Shown here in pieces: positions 18,868 to 28,082 of a stretch of 32,000 nt of DNA. The DNA comes from Ideonella sp. Its GTDB lineage: Bacteria > Pseudomonadota > Gammaproteobacteria > Burkholderiales > Burkholderiaceae_C. The notes under the pieces are model-generated. The model saw only the letters and a program-made list of their open reading frames with translations, made no database searches and had not been told where the DNA came from. The number at the start of each line of letters is the position of its first letter. The stretch's first letter is position 1. Location of the stretch: the NCBI GenBank assembly GCA_016702655.1, contig JADJDO010000001.1:489316-521315 (forward strand). The letters are read 5' to 3'. The position numbers and the translations under genes are program-made.

Positions 18868-18978
18868 TTTTCAGTTCCTTTCAGTTAATCGACTGCTTGA
18901 TTGCCGTCGATGAAATGAACTGTAGCTTTCCGTTCTCAATCAGTCATGGAACAGCGGCACCTCTGGTTTTGTTCCCGA

Positions 18979-19757
18979 CTACTGAATATCGAGCACGTTC
19001 GACTCAAACGGCCTGTCGTCCGGGAAGCTGGCCTGATGGTGCTGGACGCGAACGCCCTGAAGTCGCGCCTGCACTTGTTCAACATGGCCTGAAGCTGTCC
19101 AGGCGCTGCCTGACAGGCGGCCGGTGCTCTCGAGTTCGGCCCTGGCCTTTGGGTCGAGCGTCCAACCCATGTTGTCGATCTCGTGACGGACGAACGCGGC
19201 CACAGCGTCAACGTGGCGCAGTTCCTCGAACGTCTCGAGGTCGTACCGATAGCTGCGTTCGACGGAGCGCATGCTTGCCGTACCTGCTGCAAGCCGTGCG
19301 CGACCTTGCCACCCGCCTCCCGCAGCGTGTACTTCGGAGGTGGGGCCGGCTGCACATTGCCGGACGTTCGATGCCGTTCCAACAAGTTGGCCACCAACGA
19401 AGCCGCTACGTTCACGTCTCCCAGGAGCGGCACGTCTAGCAGCAAGTACCCGGGCTGTGCCCGTACCTTGAGGTCTGACACGACTCGCGGCGCTGCCATG
19501 AACAGGTGCCGCCGAGGCTCGAACCATTCGCGCCATAGCTCGCTCTGCATACCTGCCTCGGGCCAGGCGTCGAGCGTGCCGAAGTCTTCGTAGATGTCGG
19601 CGACTTTGTCGAACTTCGCCTCAAGCTCTGTGCACATGGCAGCCTCAGCCATGTCCCGCGCCGAGCAGTACAAGGAGTAGTCAATGTTCTGCGTCAGGCA
19701 CTGGTACCAGAGACTGACCCACTTTCGGTCATGGCGCCCTCCCATCCGCCGCTGCAT
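18979..19757 (-). CDS. Hypothetical protein downstream of the integrase (about 260 aa; at least one frame break; C-terminus uncertain)
   Basis: MQRRMGGRHDRKWVSLWYQCLTQNIDYSLYCSARDMAEAAMCTELEAKFDKVADIYEDFGTLDAWPEAGMQSELWREWFEPRRHLFMAAP...GLQQVRQ | SMRSVERSYRYDLETFEELRHVDAVAAFVRHEIDNMGWTLDPKARAELE.... Frame change near 19278. Confidence 0.4.
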
Positions 19758-21029
19758 GCCACGCTCAGCGGTACCTCGTCAAGCTCGTCGGTCATGTCAG
19801 GCGTTGGGACACGGTCGTAGAACCGTTGGATCATTTCCGGGCTTGTACCTGCTGTTCGTGCCAGCCGGTATATATCTACTCCATGCTTGATGCGATGGGA
19901 AATGTAGAAGTGACGCAGCGAGTAGATCGCCAGCTTCTTGCCCATCGAATCCTTTTCAACACCGGCGGCCTTGATCAAGTTGTTGAAACCCTCACGGAAA
20001 TCCTTGATAACGACCCCGTCGGTGTCGCACCAGACGTAGTCGTCATCTGCTGCGTAGTCGTTTCTTGCCCGCGCCGTCGTTCTTTGTAGGGCGCTGATAG
20101 CCATCGCCGCAATGTCAAGCCCAACCGCGACTCGCTTCTTCTTGACCTTGCTGTGTGTCGCTTCGACTGTCACATGCAAGGCCTCTTGCTCGTCGGCCCC
20201 CTGGTGTACTTGATGTCGCGCCAGCGTAGATTGCGCGCTTCACCTGGCGCAGTCCCGTGCCAGCTACGAAGAACACAAACGCGCGCAACATTTCCCGGTA
20301 CCGGGTAAGCCGGGCGTCGTGTCCATGCTGCCGACGCCATGAGTCCACGACTTGCGCCGAGCAAACTGCGCGAGCTTGTCGAGCTGTTCTTCAGTAAACG
20401 CTGAGCGTGCCTGCTTCTTGTCCACGGTGAACTTGAAGGTCAGGGCGTTGCCGCTGTACCGGCCGCGGTCGCTTGCCCACCCGAGAAACTGCTTGAAGGC
20501 CCCAAGCTCCCACTCAATCGTGCGCTGTGACGGACGCTCCTTGGCGTTGCCGTGCACCTTGTCACCCGCTGCTGCCTTGGCCGTCCAGTACCCGTGACGC
20601 CATGCCTCGTACTCTTCGAGGTCTTGCGCCGTCACGTCTTGGATGTTCTTCCGGCCGATGTACTCCTTGAAGTACCGGACGATGGACTTGCGGAAGCTTC
20701 GCAGCATGTGCTCCGAGCGCCGCCGCAGACCCTTCTTCTTCACGCCATCTTCGTACGCCTCGATAAAGGCGTCGATCTCCACACTGACGCTGCCACCTTG
20801 ATGACCCTTGGGTTGCATTCCTCTCTGCCGCCCTGATTTCTATGTATCGTTGCCGAGCGCGGTCGAGTGCAATGCTCTCGTCTGTGGTGTCGAGGTTTCG
20901 GTCACGTAGCTGACCATCGGCCACACGCTTGTTCGTGATCCTGTATCGGGCGTAGTAAACGTCGCCCTTGACCAAGGGCCTCGTATAGACGCTTACGTTA
21001 CCGTCCGCAATGCGCTGTATTGCTGACAA
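19694..21029 (-). pseudogene. int: Tyrosine integrase of the element (about 440 aa), four frame breaks
   Basis: (TTG start) SAIQRIADGNVSVYTRPLVKGDVYYARYRI...RQRYIEIRAAE | QPKGHQGGSVSVEIDAFIEAYEDGVKKKGLRRRSEHMLRSFRKSIVRYFKEYIGRKNIQDVTAQDLEEYEAWR...FARRKSWTHGVGS | HGHDARLTRYREMLRAFVFFVAGTGLR | PGEARNLRWRDIKYT | GADEQEALHVTVEATHSKVKKKRVAVG...KLAIYSLRHFYISHRIKHGVDIYRLARTAGTSPEMIQRFYD. The R, HxxR and Y catalytic signature is present. Frame changes near 20822, 20325, 20247 and at the C5 run 20197-20201. Confidence 0.8.
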
Positions 21030-21111
21030 GGGCTGTTGACAAATTGTTTACACGCAGAAATTATTGCGCTAACTACTTGATTTAAAAAGCAATAATTTAA
21101 CGCTTTGGCAG

Positions 21112-21124
21112 TCCAGAACTGCCA
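21112..21124. repeat. attR-side copy of the 13-bp direct repeat TCCAGAACTGCCA
   Basis: Identical to 13302-13314. Confidence 0.85.
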
Positions 21125-21151
21125 CTGGGTGCCGGTAGGGCTGGAGGGCAT
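21112..21151 (-). pseudogene. Displaced native 5' end (first 13 codons) of the oxoprolinase gene
   Basis: The minus strand from 21151 reads ATG CCC TCC AGC CCT ACC GGC ACC CAG TGG CAG TTC TGG, giving MPSSPTGTQWQFW. It joins in frame across the repeat to IDRGGTFT... at 13301 and downward. Confidence 0.8.
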
Positions 21152-21405
21152 CGCAGACTCTTCTCGTTGACGGATTTGTTCGAAGTGGCCCCGCGCTTAG
21201 TGCGGCGGCGAGAGCCGATTGTGTCCGGCGACGCGGCGTCCGACGCCGGGATTTCCACCTGCTCAAAACGAGGCGGGCGCGCCCGAAAGTCCGTCGCTTC
21301 CTGGCAATCTGCAGAGCCGCAGGCGTCGCGGCCGGGGACTTTGCTGCGGAACGGTTCGAGTCTCGGCGCTTGCGGTGCTGGTACGGGAATCTGTATCGTG
21401 CCCCT

Positions 21406-21651
21406 ATGAAGACCACCTTGAACCGAGACGATCGACTTCTCGCCGATGCCAAGGCGCTCGCGGCCCAGCAGCGCACGAGCCTGACGCGCTTGATCGAGGA
21501 AGGTCTGCAACTGCGACTTCGCGCCAAGGCAGATGCCGCGGAGCACCGTCGGGTCCGCCTGCCTGCATTCAACGGTCGCGGAGGTCTGGTAGCGGGCGTG
21601 AACCCGCTCAGCAACAAGGCAATGCTCGAGGCCCTGGGCGATGACGCCTGA
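21406..21651 (+). CDS. vapB: Type II antitoxin, VapB family
   Basis: MKTTLNRDDRLLADAKALAAQQRTSLTRLIEEGLQLRL.... Overlaps the downstream PIN gene by 11 nt. Confidence 0.75.
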   Translation: MKTTLNRDDRLLADAKALAAQQRTSLTRLIEEGLQLRLRAKADAAEHRRVRLPAFNGRGGLVAGVNPLSNKAMLEALGDDA

Positions 21652-22081
21652 TGTCAACTTGCTGGTCGCCGCCTCCCGGACCGATCATCCCCATCATGCC
21701 GCAGCGCGCAATGGGCTCGAAGACGCGATCAGCGCATCCGAGGCCGGCGCGGTCTTCACGCTGGTGCCGATGGTGCTGGCCAACTTTCTACTCCTGGACA
21801 CGAACCCGAAGATCTTCCTGCAAGCAACCCCGATCGAAGATGCCGTAGAGCTCGTCGACGCGCTGGTGGCGTCGCATGGTATGCATGTTGCGCCCCTGAG
21901 CCCGGAGTGGCCGGAAGCTGCGCCTGCTCTGCCTCCTCATGAAACTGGCCGGCAACGAAGTGCCCGATGCCTGGCTGTCCGCAGCCGTGGCGCAAATGGG
22001 GAGAGCACCTCGTCAGCTTCGATCGAGACTTCCGGAAATTGTTCCCGCGCGGCCAGTTCACGCTGTTTCGCACCCGCATAG
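21641..22081 (+). pseudogene. vapC: PIN-domain toxin, VapC family, three +1 frame breaks in the last 170 nt
   Basis: MTPDVNLLVAASRTDHPHHAAARNGLEDAI...FTLVPMVLANFLLLDTNPKIFLQATPIEDAVELVDALV...SPEWP | KLRLLCLLMKLAGNEVPDAWLSAAVAQ | WGEHLVSFDRDFRKLFPRGQFTLF | APA*. Frame changes near 21914 and at the A-run 21994-21996 and T-run 22066-22068. The three insertions sum to +3, so the original stop (22079-22081) is regained. Confidence 0.75.
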
Positions 22082-22421
22082 CGGCTGGAAGTCACGGTGG
22101 CCGGGACGGAAGTCCGCTGGTGGTGCCGCGGCGCGAACCGCGGGTCCGGCCTGCAGCAGCCTTCGCCGACAGTGCCGATTTGCGCGGCTCTGTGAGGCAA
22201 GTCGCCGATGCGCAGTCCGGAGTTGAGCCTGCATGGCGGTGACGGTGCAAGAGCCAGGGCAGCCCTTGGCTCGAGGTCGAACGCGCTGGCGGCGCGGGCG
22301 GCGATGGATCACCTCGCTCACCTTGGGCTGCCTCCAGGCGCCGGTCTTCAGAGGAGCGACGGTGACCTGCCACGCAGTTGCGGGTACGTCCGGTACGCAA
22401 GTTCGAGATCCCGCTTCGGCT

Positions 22422-22991
22422 TCATTGCGGATCGAGGCGCGCCCGTCGTCCATCAAGTGCATGCCGAGCAGGCTCCCTCTCCCACGTCAGTTCACCGTAA
22501 ATGTTACCCAGGTAGGTCACGCTCTCCGCCGTCACTTCCCCGGCGGGCTGCGCCGGCGGAGGCACAGGCGGGCGAACGGTGCGCGGGAAGTCGAGTGACA
22601 AGCCGACCAACTCCCACGTGAAGAGCTCGTAGCGACCCGGCGGTACTTCGCGCACAAAGAGCTTGCCAAAGGGGATCCTCGAACGCCGATGTGTTTCCCG
22701 TGCACCGGCTGCCTTTGATTCCACCAGCAACTTGCCGCCTTCCAGCGCTGGACCGCGAAACTCGACGTTCAACTTCACATTCGCGGCCGCACCGAAGCTG
22801 CTGGTCTTCATGCCAAGTAGCGAACGGCGGTCCCGCATCATGCGAGACGCGTGAAGATGATCAGCGCAATTCTCCTTTGCGGATGGCCTCCACCACCTCA
22901 GGGGTGACGTCCCCGCCGCCGCGCCGCCTGTGCTGCACGCGATGACGGCGAGGCCCGGCAAGAGCATGAAGCGTGCGAGCAGTTTGACCAT
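22422..22991 (-). CDS. Putative lipoprotein (frames unstable; 3' end uncertain, possibly extending to about 22320)
   Basis: MVKLLARFMLLPGLAVIAC (lipobox-like) ...KLFVREVPPGRYELFTWELVGLSLDF...VTYLGNIYGELTWE. Alternative frames give more protein-like stretches (DVTPEVVEAIRKGE; GSLLGMHLMDDGRASIRNEAEA), which suggests additional indels. Confidence 0.35.
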   Translation of the reverse strand: MVKLLARFMLLPGLAVIACSTGGAAAGTSPLRWWRPSAKENCADHLHASRMMRDRRSLLGMKTSSFGAAANVKLNVEFRGPALEGGKLLVESKAAGARETHRRSRIPFGKLFVREVPPGRYELFTWELVGLSLDFPRTVRPPVPPPAQPAGEVTAESVTYLGNIYGELTWEREPARHALDGRRARLDPQ

Positions 22992-23799
22992 GGTCCCCAG
23001 CAAGCCCTTCTTGCGCCACCCGCCTTCGGGTTCGGACAGACGTGATCTTCGGCAGATGACCCGCTGTGGCATTGAGCGATGTCAACGTCGTGTACCGCGG
23101 CGCCGGCTTTGTAGGGGGCAAGTTCGCGTCGTGTGCCTGCGGCTGCTCCTGGGTTCAGCCGCATGGTCAGCGCCGCGCCTCCCGCTGCCCAGACCGGCCT
23201 GCTTCGGATGACCACTTGCGGCACGTGAGGCGTTGGGGTGCACAGAGCTTGAAGCGCTCCCTCGCAAGAGGGAAGCGGGATCAAGACCCCGGCCTGCAGT
23301 GCCCTCAAGTGTCTAGATGTCGGAGCGCCGACCGCCGCACTGCTCGGCATCGTCAGCTCCAGTGCCGTTCATTGGGCGCGTCCAAGGCCTCGAGTTCAGG
23401 GGGCTATCCTGATACTTTGCGTGGATGCGAGCGGTCGCAGAGTTGGCTCCGAGATCGGAGCAGCGGATGACTCTGAGGTCGGCAGTGCCAGTTAACGACC
23501 CGTCAGAGCTGTCGCTGAACCATCGGCACGATCAACGAGTCCCGGGTCACCGGGATGACGGCCCCGTCGAGCCGCTTTCAAAGTACAGCAGTCGCACGCC
23601 GTATCGACATGCGAACGGCCGGTTCCGATGACTGCGCCTTTTTCAATCTCCAGAGGCGAGTGACTCCACTCTGTCTCCTGCTGTCGTCCGACCTGCCACC
23701 ACGAACGACAACAAGGCGGCGTCAACTGCCCCCGGGTCTTGCACCGCTGATCGTGAGTCTGTGACGGCGTCGGGACTCGTGTTCCCGGCGCGGCGACGC

Positions 23800-24143
23800 C
23801 TACGCCGCGGTCTTCAGCATGAAGTCGACATGCACCGCGTTGTAGGGGAACTCGATTCGACCCTCATCGTCTTTGCGCAACACGCCGGCCGCAGCAGCAT
23901 GTGCACATCCGATGCACGGCGCGCACGTCGCGGCCGACGCGTGGCGCGGCCTCGCGCAACGTCACGGGTCCGGCACCGGTCAATGTCTGCACGAGTGCCA
24001 TTCGGTTGGGCGCGAGCACCTTCCACAGCAGGTCGAGCGACTCCGAACGAGATCCGCTCCTGCTGCCGCTTGCCCGCGAACGCAGCCTTCACGCGCTGTT
24101 TGAAGGACTCGGTCGAATCGACCGTGATCGTCACAGCACCCAT
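23800..24143 (-). pseudogene. HTH transcriptional regulator, probable antitoxin partner of the upstream DUF6516 gene (about 114 aa; three frame breaks)
   Basis: MGAVTITVDSTESFKQRVKAAFAGKRQQERISF | ESLDLLWKVLAPNRMALVQTLTGAGPVTLREAAPRVGRDVRAVHR | DVHMLLR | AGVLRKDDEGRIEFPYNAVHVDFMLKTAA*. Frame changes near 24043, 23910 and 23889, all at GG/CC runs. Confidence 0.6.
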
Positions 24144-24144
24144 C

Positions 24145-24427
24145 TCAATCTCCCTTCCATGTTGCAACGTCTGACAAGAAGTCGTCGAGCAGCCGATCGA
24201 CCGAAACGAACCTGTAGGGCATCTCCCCGGTGCCCACGTGTCTGTGGTCGCCCTTGCCGGCCTCGTTGTCGTAGCGCAGCACGCACTCGCTGCAGACGAC
24301 GTACGCAAGCCGGTACTTCAGGTTATGGGTCGAGCCGCTCAGCGGTTCGGCCAAAGCTCCAGACGACCACTTCGATGAAGCCGTCCGCCAGCACGCGGCG
24401 CTCGCGCATCAGGAGTTCGGCCTTCAT
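24145..24427 (-). pseudogene. DUF6516 / TumE-like toxin-family protein (about 93 aa; one frame break)
   Basis: MKAELLMRERRVLADGFIEVVVWS | LAEPLSGSTHNLKYRLAYVVCSECVLRYDNEAGKGDHRHVGTGEMPYRFVSVDRLLDDFLSDVATWKGD*. It carries the RYDN..GKGDH.H signature. Frame change at the T/A run 24353-24355. The stop lies 1 nt from the next ATG. Confidence 0.6.
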
Positions 24428-24476
24428 TGTTGTTAATGCTAGCAACACAGGCCACCTGTTGTCAATGGCAGCAACA
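24428..24476. promoter_or_regulatory. Two 20-bp operator-like repeats overlapping a sigma70-like promoter of the DUF6516/HTH operon
   Basis: TGTTGTTAATGCTAGCAACA (24428-24447) and TGTTGTCAATGGCAGCAACA (24457-24476). Each has inverted TGTTG...CAACA ends. On the minus strand: TTGACA (24465-24460), 18 nt, TAGCAT (24441-24436), 8 nt, then ATG. Confidence 0.45.
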
Positions 24477-24584
24477 GCCCAGCGTTCTTCCAGGGTCACC
24501 CGCGTCGGGGCAGGCGCAGTTCAACGGCTGACCGAGCATCAGTCGCCTCCACTTCGCAATTTCACAGGCACCTCATTCGGCCCC

Positions 24585-25934
24585 TCACCCCGCCGGCCAG
24601 CGCGCGCTGACGGCCAGCCCCGGCTCGGCGTGCTCGAAGGTGAGCCGCCCGCCGTGCGCCTTGACGATCAGCAGGCACAGGTACAGCCCGAGCCCGGCGC
24701 CGCCGGTGGCGCGCTGGCGGGCCGCATCGCTGCGGTACAGCGGCTGCGCCAGCTGCGCGAGCTGCTCGTCGCAGACGCCGGGGCCGTGGTCGCGCACGCG
24801 CAGCAGGACCTGGCCGCCGGCCGCGCGCGCGAGCGTCACCTCGGGCGGCCGGGGCGCGCCGGCGGCGTGGCGCAGCGCGTTGTCGATCAGGTTGCGCAGC
24901 AGCAGCTTGAGGCGCATGGGGTCGGCCTGCACCGGGGGCATCGTGTCGTCGAGCTGCAGCGTCAGCGGCACGCCGGCGAACTGCGTGTCGACGAGCGCGC
25001 GCACGAGCGCCGGGAGGTGCACGGTCTCGGTCTGCAGCGCGGCGTGGCCGGAGGCGAGGCGTTCGCTCTCGAGCAGGTCGGCGATGAGGTCGCGCATCGC
25101 CGCCAGGTCGCGCAGCAGCGCGTCGCGGGGCGCGCCCTCGGGGACGAGCTCGGCGTTGACGCGCGCGCGCGTGAGCGGGCTGCGCAGCTCGTGGCTGATC
25201 GCGAGCAGCAGCGCGCGCTTGGCGTCGAGCATGCCCTGCAGGCTGCGCGCCATGGTGTTGATGCGCTCGGCCAGATCGCCAAGCTCGTCGCGCCGCGGCG
25301 TGACGATGGGCTGTGCGAAGTCGCCGGCGCCGAAGCGCGTCACGCCGGCATCGATGGACTCGATCGGCCGCAGCAGCCGGCGCACGACGGCATAGGCCGC
25401 GATCGTGAGCAGCAGCAGCACGGCGAGCGTCAGCCAGCCGATGAAGCGCGGCCGCGTGCTCTGCACGGGCGCCGCGAGGCCGAAGGTGATCCGGTGTCCG
25501 TCGGCGGTGGCGCGCACGAAATTCAGTCGCGCGGGGCCGTGGCCATCGTCGTCGTCATCGCCGTCGCCGCCCCAGTGGCGGCGGGCGCGGTCGCCGGGAT
25601 GCGAGTCGTAGTTCAGCAGCGGGCCCTCGATGCGCACCGAGATCGGCAGGCGCGCCACCAGCGCCTGGGCGCGCGCGGCGTCGGGCGGGCTGCCGATCTC
25701 GGCCGCCAGGCGGTCGATGTAGTCGGCGGCGATGGGCCGCGCGTAGCTCGTCCAGCCGCCCGACAGCACGCGCTGCATGCCGAGCAGGAACACGCCCGTC
25801 ATCGCCAGCGCGAGCAGCAGGAACAGCGTGACGAGGCGCCACTTCAGCGAGTGGCGCCAGCGCCGGCGCGTGGCCTGCCAGCGCGCGTGCGCAGCGTGCC
25901 AGCGGGCCCGGGGCGCGGCGGGATCGGGGCTCAT
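24585..25934 (-). CDS. Sensor histidine kinase (HAMP, HisKA, HATPase_c)
   Basis: 449 aa, intact. Two TM segments, ISHELRSPLT H-box, RNLIDNALRH, DHGPGV, GGAGLGLYL. Confidence 0.9.
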   Translation of the reverse strand: MSPDPAAPRARWHAAHARWQATRRRWRHSLKWRLVTLFLLLALAMTGVFLLGMQRVLSGGWTSYARPIAADYIDRLAAEIGSPPDAARAQALVARLPISVRIEGPLLNYDSHPGDRARRHWGGDGDDDDDGHGPARLNFVRATADGHRITFGLAAPVQSTRPRFIGWLTLAVLLLLTIAAYAVVRRLLRPIESIDAGVTRFGAGDFAQPIVTPRRDELGDLAERINTMARSLQGMLDAKRALLLAISHELRSPLTRARVNAELVPEGAPRDALLRDLAAMRDLIADLLESERLASGHAALQTETVHLPALVRALVDTQFAGVPLTLQLDDTMPPVQADPMRLKLLLRNLIDNALRHAAGAPRPPEVTLARAAGGQVLLRVRDHGPGVCDEQLAQLAQPLYRSDAARQRATGGAGLGLYLCLLIVKAHGGRLTFEHAEPGLAVSARWPAG

Positions 25935-25950
25935 CCGGTGCGCCGAACCT

Positions 25951-26631
25951 TCATGCCCTCACCCCGGCAAACGTGTAGCCGGCATTGCGCAGCGTGTGGA
26001 TGCAGTCCAGCGGCTCGAGCTTGCGGCGCAACCGGCTGACGAGGATGTCGACCGCGCGCGAGTGGATGTCTTCGGCCGAGCGGCCGCGCAGCTTCTCCAG
26101 GATGTCGTCGCGGCTGAAGACCTTGTGCGGCGCGCCGGCGAGCAGCGCGAGCAGCTCGAACTCGGTGCTCGTGAGCTCCACGCTGTCGGCGCCGCGCTGC
26201 ACGCTGCGCCGGTCGAGGTCGATCGCGAGGCCTTCGAAGCGCAGTTGCCGCGAGCCGGCCGCCGCCCCGGACGCAGCGCGGCGCAGAATGGTCTGGATGC
26301 GCGCCAGCAGCTCGCGCGGCTCGAAGGGCTTGGGCAGGTAGTCGTCGGCGCCGAGTTCGAGGCCGACGACGCGGTCCATCACGTCGCCGCGCGCGGTGAG
26401 CATGATGATCGGCACGCCGCTCTCCTTGCGGATCGCGCGGCAGAGCTCGAAGCCGTCCATCTCGGGCAGCATCACGTCGAGGATGGCCGCGTCGAAGCCG
26501 CCCTCGCGCAGCCGGGCGAGCCCTGCGCTCGGCCGCGTGGCCTGCTGCAGTTCGAAGCCGGAACGCGCGAAGAAGGCCGCCAGCGGCGGCCCCAGGTGTT
26601 CATCGTCGTCGATCAGCAGCAGGCGAGGCAT
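25951..26631 (-). CDS. OmpR-family response regulator
   Basis: 226 aa, intact. LLIDDD...DAAILDVMLPEMDG...ADDYLPKPF receiver domain and a winged-helix C-terminus (LTSTEFELLALL...IHTLRNAGY). Confidence 0.9.
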   Translation of the reverse strand: MPRLLLIDDDEHLGPPLAAFFARSGFELQQATRPSAGLARLREGGFDAAILDVMLPEMDGFELCRAIRKESGVPIIMLTARGDVMDRVVGLELGADDYLPKPFEPRELLARIQTILRRAASGAAAGSRQLRFEGLAIDLDRRSVQRGADSVELTSTEFELLALLAGAPHKVFSRDDILEKLRGRSAEDIHSRAVDILVSRLRRKLEPLDCIHTLRNAGYTFAGVRA

Positions 26632-26724
26632 TCATCACCACCCGCGGCGCAACTTGGCCGCGCGGTCACTGTACCAATGGCCGAGCGGCGCGACGGGGTT
26701 GCGCGCCTCCTCATGCGACCGGGT

Positions 26725-27201
26725 TCAGCCACGCCACCCGTGATGCCCGCGCCGGGCCATGAACTCGCGGACCTTGGTCTGCTGCTCGGGGTTCAGGCTG
26801 TCGTAGAAGTCGGCCATCGCGGTGATCACGGCCGGGCTCGCGGCAGCAATGGCGCCGGTCTTGGCTTGGACCAGCGCGCTCGCCCGGGCGCGATCGAAGG
26901 CGGGGCCGGCGATCACGGCCGCAAACTCGGTGCGCGGGTCGCCGCCGGCGGCGAGCGCGTTGCGCTGCTCGCGCAGCGTATCGGCCAGCGTGCCGAGGCG
27001 CGCCTTCTGCGTCGCGTCGAGGTCGAGGCGGCTGGCGACTTTTTCGATCATGCGCTCCTTCATGCGCGCGGCATCCTCCGCGCTCATCGAGCGCCAGCCG
27101 TGGCCGCAGCCATGTTCGCTGTACGACCAGGCGGCCACGCCGCCGAACAGGAGCGACGCGCCGAACACGCCGACGAGGGTACGCTTGAGCCAGGGTTTCA
27201 T
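26725..27201 (-). CDS. Periplasmic Spy/CpxP-family (LTxxQ-like) protein
   Basis: I chose the start MKPWLKRTLVGVFGASLLFGGVAAWS (ATG at 27201). Helical, with LDATQKARL and LNPEQQTKV repeats. The track ORF start at 27777 is an over-extension. Confidence 0.7.
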   Translation of the reverse strand: MKPWLKRTLVGVFGASLLFGGVAAWSYSEHGCGHGWRSMSAEDAARMKERMIEKVASRLDLDATQKARLGTLADTLREQRNALAAGGDPRTEFAAVIAGPAFDRARASALVQAKTGAIAAASPAVITAMADFYDSLNPEQQTKVREFMARRGHHGWRG

Positions 27202-27365
27202 CGGAGATCCTCTCGGGGCCGCTCGGGCCCGGTGATTGAACAGGGATCCCATCGTGCCGGGCGCTGCGCGCCGCGTCCTTTCGGCGCCGTATCGCTGCGT
27301 AACGTTATCTTTCGCGCGCGGCCGATGGCCCGCAGCGGTGCCGCCGCGTATGTCTTGAGAGCGGC

Positions 27366-28082
27366 CTATCCCCGCGCGCCGAAGCGCTGCGCGATCAGGG
27401 TCGTGATGTCGTGCACCTCGCGCCCGGTCGCGCGGCGCACGGCGCCGGCATAGGGCGGCAGGTTGGTGCACTCGAGGACGATGTGTCGCAGCGCCGGCAC
27501 GCGCCGCACGAGGCGCAGCGCCGCTTCGACGACCTCGCGTTCGGCGTCGGCGCCGTCGAGTTCGGGCAGGTCGTCGAGCAGCGTGCGCTGCAGCGCACAG
27601 CCGGGAGCGAGACCCTCGACCGGCGTGTCGACGGCGGCGCCGGCGGCGCGCAGGTGAGCGGCCGTCAGCGCCGCGCCATCGACGGTCACGACACCGGCGT
27701 GCGCGAGCTCCGGCAGCAGCAACAGGCTCGAGGTGAACACCGGGACCGGCAGTGCGGCCTGCAATTCGCGCTGCCACAGCACGAGGAAGCCGCAGCTCGT
27801 CATGATCGCCGCCGCGCCCTGCTCGTCGACGAGCCTGCGCGCCGCGGCGATGAAAGGCTCGAGCAGCGCCGGGTCGCGTTCATGCACCACACGCCGCGGC
27901 GAGGCACCGCAGACGACGGCATAGCGCAGCGGAAAGTCGAACGTCGCCGGGTTGCCGATGTCGCCGACGAGGCGCGGGAAACGCGTGTCGAGCATCAGCA
28001 CGCCGAGCAAGCCGCTCGCGCCTCGAGGCCGGGCTTGCGGCGCCCCGGTCGGGGGGTGTTGCGGGCCGGCTGGAGGCGGCAT
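27366..28082 (-). CDS. Asp/Glu/hydantoin-racemase-like protein
   Basis: ...LGVLMLDTRFPRLVGDIGNPATFDFPLRYAVVCGASPRRVV...AIMTSCGFL...IVLECTNLPPYA. The ATG at 28082 directly abuts the upstream stop (TGAATG). A later start is possible. Confidence 0.6.
   Translation of the reverse strand: MPPPAGPQHPPTGAPQARPRGASGLLGVLMLDTRFPRLVGDIGNPATFDFPLRYAVVCGASPRRVVHERDPALLEPFIAAARRLVDEQGAAAIMTSCGFLVLWQRELQAALPVPVFTSSLLLLPELAHAGVVTVDGAALTAAHLRAAGAAVDTPVEGLAPGCALQRTLLDDLPELDGADAEREVVEAALRLVRRVPALRHIVLECTNLPPYAGAVRRATGREVHDITTLIAQRFGARG

Noticed and set aside
21340-21375. tRNA-like GGTTCGAGTC T-loop motif near the right junction
   Set aside because: The flanking bases cannot form the 5-bp T-stem (AACGG vs CTCGG). 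No acceptor or anticodon arms are evident. The real att repeat lies in a protein-coding 5' end.
23240-23760. HigB/HigA-like toxin-antitoxin pair on the minus strand
   Set aside because: Only short motif-like fragments are found, spread over all three frames. Too many corrections are needed to define coordinates. It is mentioned in a finding but not reported as a feature.
13480-24540. Weak similarity between 13505-13525 (GGGTCACGCCATCGGG) and 24505-24523 (GGGTCACCCGCGTCGGGG) as alternative island boundaries
   Set aside because: Only a 7-nt exact core is shared, in GC-rich sequence. The perfect 13-bp repeat that reconstitutes the oxoprolinase frame explains the insertion far better.
23901-27453. 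712-aa and 558-aa plus-strand ORFs
   Set aside because: They are antisense to the histidine kinase, response regulator and Spy-like genes, and to the HTH/DUF6516 pair. GC-skewed artefacts.
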